38,172 nucleotides of DNA from Chlorokybus atmophyticus (lineage: Eukaryota; Plantae; Mesostigma and Chlorokybus algae), in contig RHPI01000029.1 in NCBI GenBank assembly GCA_009103225.1, positions 1-38,172 on the forward strand, given 5' to 3'. Both the position numbers and the translations under genes were made by a program. Positions 33,651 through 38,172 of the stretch are shown piece after piece. How positions within the stretch are numbered: position 1 is the stretch's first letter; each line of letters opens with the position of its first letter. The notes under the pieces are model-generated. The model saw nothing but the letters and a program-made list of their open reading frames with translations. It had not been told where the DNA came from and did no database searches.

Positions 33651-34755
33651 CACCACATGGCGCCTGCAGTGCGTGCCGTTCACGGCACAAGCAGTTAACT
33701 TCTTCGGCGCAGACGGCACAACCAGGCTGTGCCGTCGGGACTTCCTGGTAAAAAAAGCCGTCCGCGGTCGGTACGCAGACTGCAGTCTTGTGCCGGCGTC
33801 GGCGCCTTTGCTCCCTTGTGCCATTGACGGCACAAGACAGTCCAAGCTGAAGTCGGCACAACAGAGCTGGTGCCGTGATCGGTACAAGGTTCCACATCCC
33901 GATCACGGCACGAGACTAGCGATCCGTTAACGGTTCGTCAATCATTGTGCCGCTACCGGTGCAGAAAACTTATGCCGAGAGCGGCACAGTAGACTTGTAC
34001 CGTAGCAAAGCAGCAGCCTTCTCTCCTCCTGCGCTGTGACCGGCAGCGGATTACATCAATGGCTTGTGCCGAAAACGGCACAACACCCTCGTACCGACCA
34101 GCAGCCTTGGAGCTGAGCTGAGCTGGGTCGGAGCGGATGCTGAGCTGCATGCTTGGAGGAAGAGAAGGAGGCGGCGGCGCGAGCTGCTGCTGCTGGTTTA
34201 CTTGGAGAAGCCAGTGGCGTGAGCTACTGCTGCTGCTGCTGCTGAGCTGCTTATGAGAAGAAGCTGCTTCTACCAAGAAGCAGATTTGGCAGGAAATTGC
34301 ACATCAGCTGGAGCTGGAGCTGAGCTGCGGCAGGTTGGATGAAGCTGTCTGGATTCTTGGGTTCTCGAGGACGGTGAACTGAGCTGCTGCTGCGGAGCGG
34401 AGCTATTGCTGCTGCTGCGGAGCGGAGCTGCTGACATGCTGCTGGGGAGAAGGAGTTATTTCTGCTCACGAGCTCTTGCTGGTAAGGCCAATGCTAGCTT
34501 GTTATTGTTGCTTGGTTTGCTCTGTCAGTGAGGCTTGGTCGAGAGTGTCTCCCTTACAGTCTGTTAGCTTGCTGCTGGGCGTCTTGCATTCAATCTCACT
34601 TGTTCAAGGTGAATGCTTGTAGTTGCTCCGTTTTCGTTTGCTAAATCCAAGATATCAGTGACCGCTGCTGCCAATTATTAGCCCCCAAGTTGTCCGTCAT
34701 ATGCTGTCACTGCTAGCAGTATTAAAGTCCGACTTACACGCTATCATCTGCAGCC

Positions 34756-37700
34756 ATGGCAGGACGCATTGTTCAACAGTCTGCTGTTCTGCGCGAGCGT
34801 GAGCAGTTTGATGAAACGCTTGCACTAATCAAGCATGCTGGTGGGAAGCCACGCAAAGCCAGTGTACGTGCTAAACGGTCACTGCTTAAAGAGATGAGGG
34901 CCGCCCAGCAAGCGCGTCCAACAAACATCAGCCCGCACCTCACTGGAGGAGGAGGTGATTTGCAGCTGCCTGCACCTGCGTCTGCCTTGGAGCTTGAGCC
35001 TGCACCTGCGTCTGCCTTGGAGCCCGAACCTGCACCTGCGTCTGCCTTGGAGCCCGAGCCTGCGCCTGAAGATCAACCACACCTGTCCAACCAGCAGACA
35101 GCAGAACAATCTTCTCAAGAGACGCCGGACTTTGGAGCCGCCGAGCAATCCGATCATTCTGGCAACCAAGAGCCTGAGCCTGAGCAGCCTCCAACCTTCA
35201 GTCGCGACCTTTGCCTCTGCTCCAAGTGCAAAGGCTTGGTAAGTTGCTTCGCTTGGCCTGCGCTGATGAACAAGTGACCATGCATGCACGTTGCTTGAAC
35301 CCTTACTGTGTCGCAGATAATGCAGCCGCGCTTGGTCATCGATGCGCACTTAGCCAAAGACGAGGCGGCCAGACGGCTGAGGAGCATTCCCACTGTGCAA
35401 CCCACTTTGGACAGCTTTGATGCAGACAAGTTGCCTGATCTGCAGCAGACGTCTACAACTTACCTGGACAAGATAATCGAGATCTCATCCATCCTAGACG
35501 AAGCTGGAGTCTCGCAGGACTGCTTCAACAAACTGCTCCCTGTCCTCTTTAAAGGCGAAAGCTCCCTGATGGCTTTGGCTAAGAAGGGATTGTTCGATGA
35601 GAAGAGCGAAGGCTTCAAGCTGCCTACTACTTGCAAGAGCCTGATTGGCATGTTTGAGCGCATGGGGATGCCTTCAACACTGCATTATTCTGTCTGTGCC
35701 TGCGGCCACCTGTTCGACAAGCCCTATCCAAATGCTGAGCTCGTTGTGCAAGACGAAGACTCGGTGCGCTCCAGCTACCGGCAGCGCGAGAAGGAGCGCA
35801 AGGCCATGGCAAAAGAACAGTGCCCAGACTGCAGTCAGAAACGCAAGGAAGGCACGAGTTTCTACTACCTCCCTCTCAGGTCAAGGTTGCAGCTTATGTT
35901 GGGCGTGCCAACCATCTGTCATCAATGGCTCCAGGCCTGGCTGCACCGGGAGCGGTGGCTTGACAAAGATCCAGCAATACCTCCTGCCAGTCAACATGAA
36001 GTCTGGGATGGAGCTCGTATGAGGGAGATCTCCGACTTCTTCAACCCCAAGAAGACCTACTGGCTGCCAGTCAGATGCGAGCACTGCCAGACAGTTCACA
36101 GACCAGGCCACCACTTCACTGAAGGCGACAGTGATGATGGGCCGCAGTGGAGGTTTCGGTGTCGCACCTGCGAGCAGGTCACCTGTCCTTTCAAGCATAT
36201 GGCCTGCGGTGACCCGAGGAACCTCATCTTCATTGGCCACTGGGACGGCTTCACCACAGCCAGCACCAGCCCCCGCAACACGCTGATGATCAACGTGGCC
36301 ATCTTGAACGGAGGCAAGTTGTTGAGCGCGCAGACGTCTTCGCTTCTTCCTGTGGGTTTTGTGCCCAAAGATCAGCTTCCCAAGGGGGTTGACAACATGG
36401 ACCCCTTTCTGAAGCCACTTATAGACGAGCTCGAATCACTGCTGCTTGAGGGCTTCACCTGCAATTATGCCCTCCCCACCTCTGAAGTTTGCCCTGACCT
36501 GCACTCTCAAGCAGCCGGTGCTACCACGCGCTTGCGTGCGATGCTGCTCATCTGGGCTGGTGATCACCCAGCCCAGTGTCAGATACTGAAGATGAAAGAT
36601 GGTGGCATCTTGGGCTGCCGCAGATGCTGGTGTAAGGCCCAGCCCTACATGGAAGAAGCCCAAAGGCCTGTAAAGCGCAAGGCTGCTCCAGAGTCCGACG
36701 ACGAGCAGGTGTCTGCTTGCAAGAAGGCTGTTTCCAAGTCCAGCAGCCAGGCAAAGTCTGCTAGCAGGAATAAGAAGCAGGCGGCTGAGAAGAAGAAGAA
36801 GAAGAAGAAGCAACCTGCCAGCAAGAAGCGTGCTGCTGCATCAACCAGCAATGGTCCAGCTGGTCCTAGCAACTCCCAAGCAGTGGAGCTCAACACCTAC
36901 CAGAAGAAGGTCTACCGCTACGATCAGAACTTCATGCACTCAAGACATCCATGGCCCGAGAGAGAAGAACAGGAGACTCTGACCAACATTGATAAGCTGG
37001 AGACTGCTGCTACCCCTGCTATTGGAACACAAGTCAGCATGGAGACAGGTGTCACAGGCAGGAGCCAACTGTGGCGCCTCTACCATGCCTATGGCTTCAG
37101 CCCACTCAAGGACGTGGTGTACGACGTCATGCACACCTTGTGTGAAGGTCTAGTGAAGGGCCTCTGCCATGCAGTTTTTGCAAAGGGAGCGCACGAAAGG
37201 GTGGTGGATGTTCCCTTGGTGGAGGCCAGGCTTAAGGACTTCACTGCAGCCTTGATCAAGGAAATGCGATCCGGGCGCTCTCCAAAGGGGATTACAGACA
37301 GGCTGGGCTGGTGGAAGGCAGAAGACTACCAGAAGTTTATGCAGGACTTTGCACCTTACGTGACAACGGGCTTGCTGACTTCGCACATGCGCGACGTCTT
37401 CATGTCCTTACACAAGCTCATCTGCCTGTTCTATCGCCACTCCCGCTTCAATGGCTGGACCGAAGACACCCTCAGACTGGCAGACAGCTTACTGCGTTAC
37501 TGGCGTATCAACTCAGAAGAATGCTTTGGCCACAACTTGAGACCTCTAGAGCATGCTGCTGGAGCAGGTCATCTGCTGGACGATATCTTCCGCCACGGCA
37601 GCCATGATGTGTACTGGTGCTACGTCTTCGAGCGCGCTGTCTCAGATCACTTGGAGACCAGCACCAACAACAAAGAGTATGAGTTCAGCTACATACATCG

Positions 37701-38172
37701 ACACGTACGCTTGTGGTACGAGCGGCTGCTTACTGTCTTGCGCGAAGACCAGCGCACGGGCATGGTCTTTGCAACACGCGTTCAGCTGCAGTTGCGGTCT
37801 CATCGCGTGTCCAGCGGTGTTGGAGGTTTCTGGTACGAAGCACCCAGTCAAAGCAAGGCTTTGGAACTCTGGAAGAAGGCTGAGACGTGTCCACACCGGT
37901 CTGAGTCACAAGACATTCTTGCTCGAGGCATACTTATTGGCCAGCTGCCAGGTCAACCCACACCACTAAGCTCACAGCGGTTTGAGATGGTCAGCAGGCA
38001 CATCAGAGCAGATGCCAGGCATCTCGTGCAGAATACGGCTTACCACTACAAGGCTGTGCTGCTTAATGGGGAGATTCACAGGTTAGTTTGCTTGCTATTG
38101 TTGTCCTCACACGTGCTGTTGTGCTTGCTGTCTGACTGCTACCAAGCTTTGTGTTCTACTGTGCAGAACAGA
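34756..38172 (+). CDS. CACTA/EnSpm Tnp2-family DDE transposase, apparently intact (partial; not in the ORF track because there is no stop before the window end)
   Basis: Exon 34756-35238, intron 35239-35316, stop-free frame 35317-38081, intron 38082-38166. Motifs: CLCSKC-x11-HL across the splice, FYYLPLRSRL, VWDG, HWDGF, FLKPLIDELESL, GDHPA, CRRC, YDVMH, WKAEDY, HLLDDIFRHG..WCYVFER. Confidence 0.92.
34969..35058 (+). repeat. Three tandem 30-bp coding repeats (PAPASALE[L/P]E)
   Basis: CCTGCACCTGCGTCTGCCTTGGAGC(TT/CC)GA(G/A) x3. Confidence 0.92.

Larger units (their letters stand above)
33651..38172 (+). mobile_element. CACTA/EnSpm (CMC) DNA transposon, 5' part; runs off the window
   Basis: Terminus-like CACCACA at 33651 exactly where RT homology stops. 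More than ten CGGCACAA/TTGTGCCG-like subterminal motifs in both orientations at about 33680-34085; transposase downstream. Confidence 0.85.

Noticed and set aside
34130-34480. GCT/GCA-repeat ORFs in the CACTA 5' region
   Set aside because: Trinucleotide low-complexity sequence upstream of the transposase start, with no recognisable protein features.
35460-37969. Listed short ORFs on both strands in the transposase region
   Set aside because: They are shadow frames of the long stop-free transposase frame, which carries all the conserved motifs.

Overview
Eukaryotic, gene-poor, repeat-dominated window. Short GT-AG introns of about 50-85 nt suggest a green-algal-type host, but the host cannot be identified from the sequence alone. 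Left part (1 to about 9.5 kb): a Helentron/Helitron2-type HUH-Rep/Pif1 gene with frameshifts, followed tightly by an unknown spliced gene, a GIY-YIG nuclease ORF and a convergent multi-exon coiled-coil/RING gene. Middle (10-16.5 kb): an assembly gap, microsatellite-rich duplicated blocks and relics encoding a macrodomain, a PIN/XPG-like plus CXC protein and a Tudor domain. 16.5-33.6 kb: two decayed Ty3/Gypsy-type elements with a DNMT3-like C5 cytosine methyltransferase directly after the protease. In the first copy this DNMT is followed by a second, unrelated phage/actinobacterial-type C5 methyltransferase, which is the most unusual observation. These copies are interrupted by an inverted DNMT duplication, two gag-protease-only copia-type elements, an hAT MITE and a non-autonomous CACTA-like element with a tRNA-like head. 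Right end: an apparently intact CACTA/EnSpm transposase that runs off the window and is missing from the ORF track. All family assignments come from motif recognition by eye; no database search was run.
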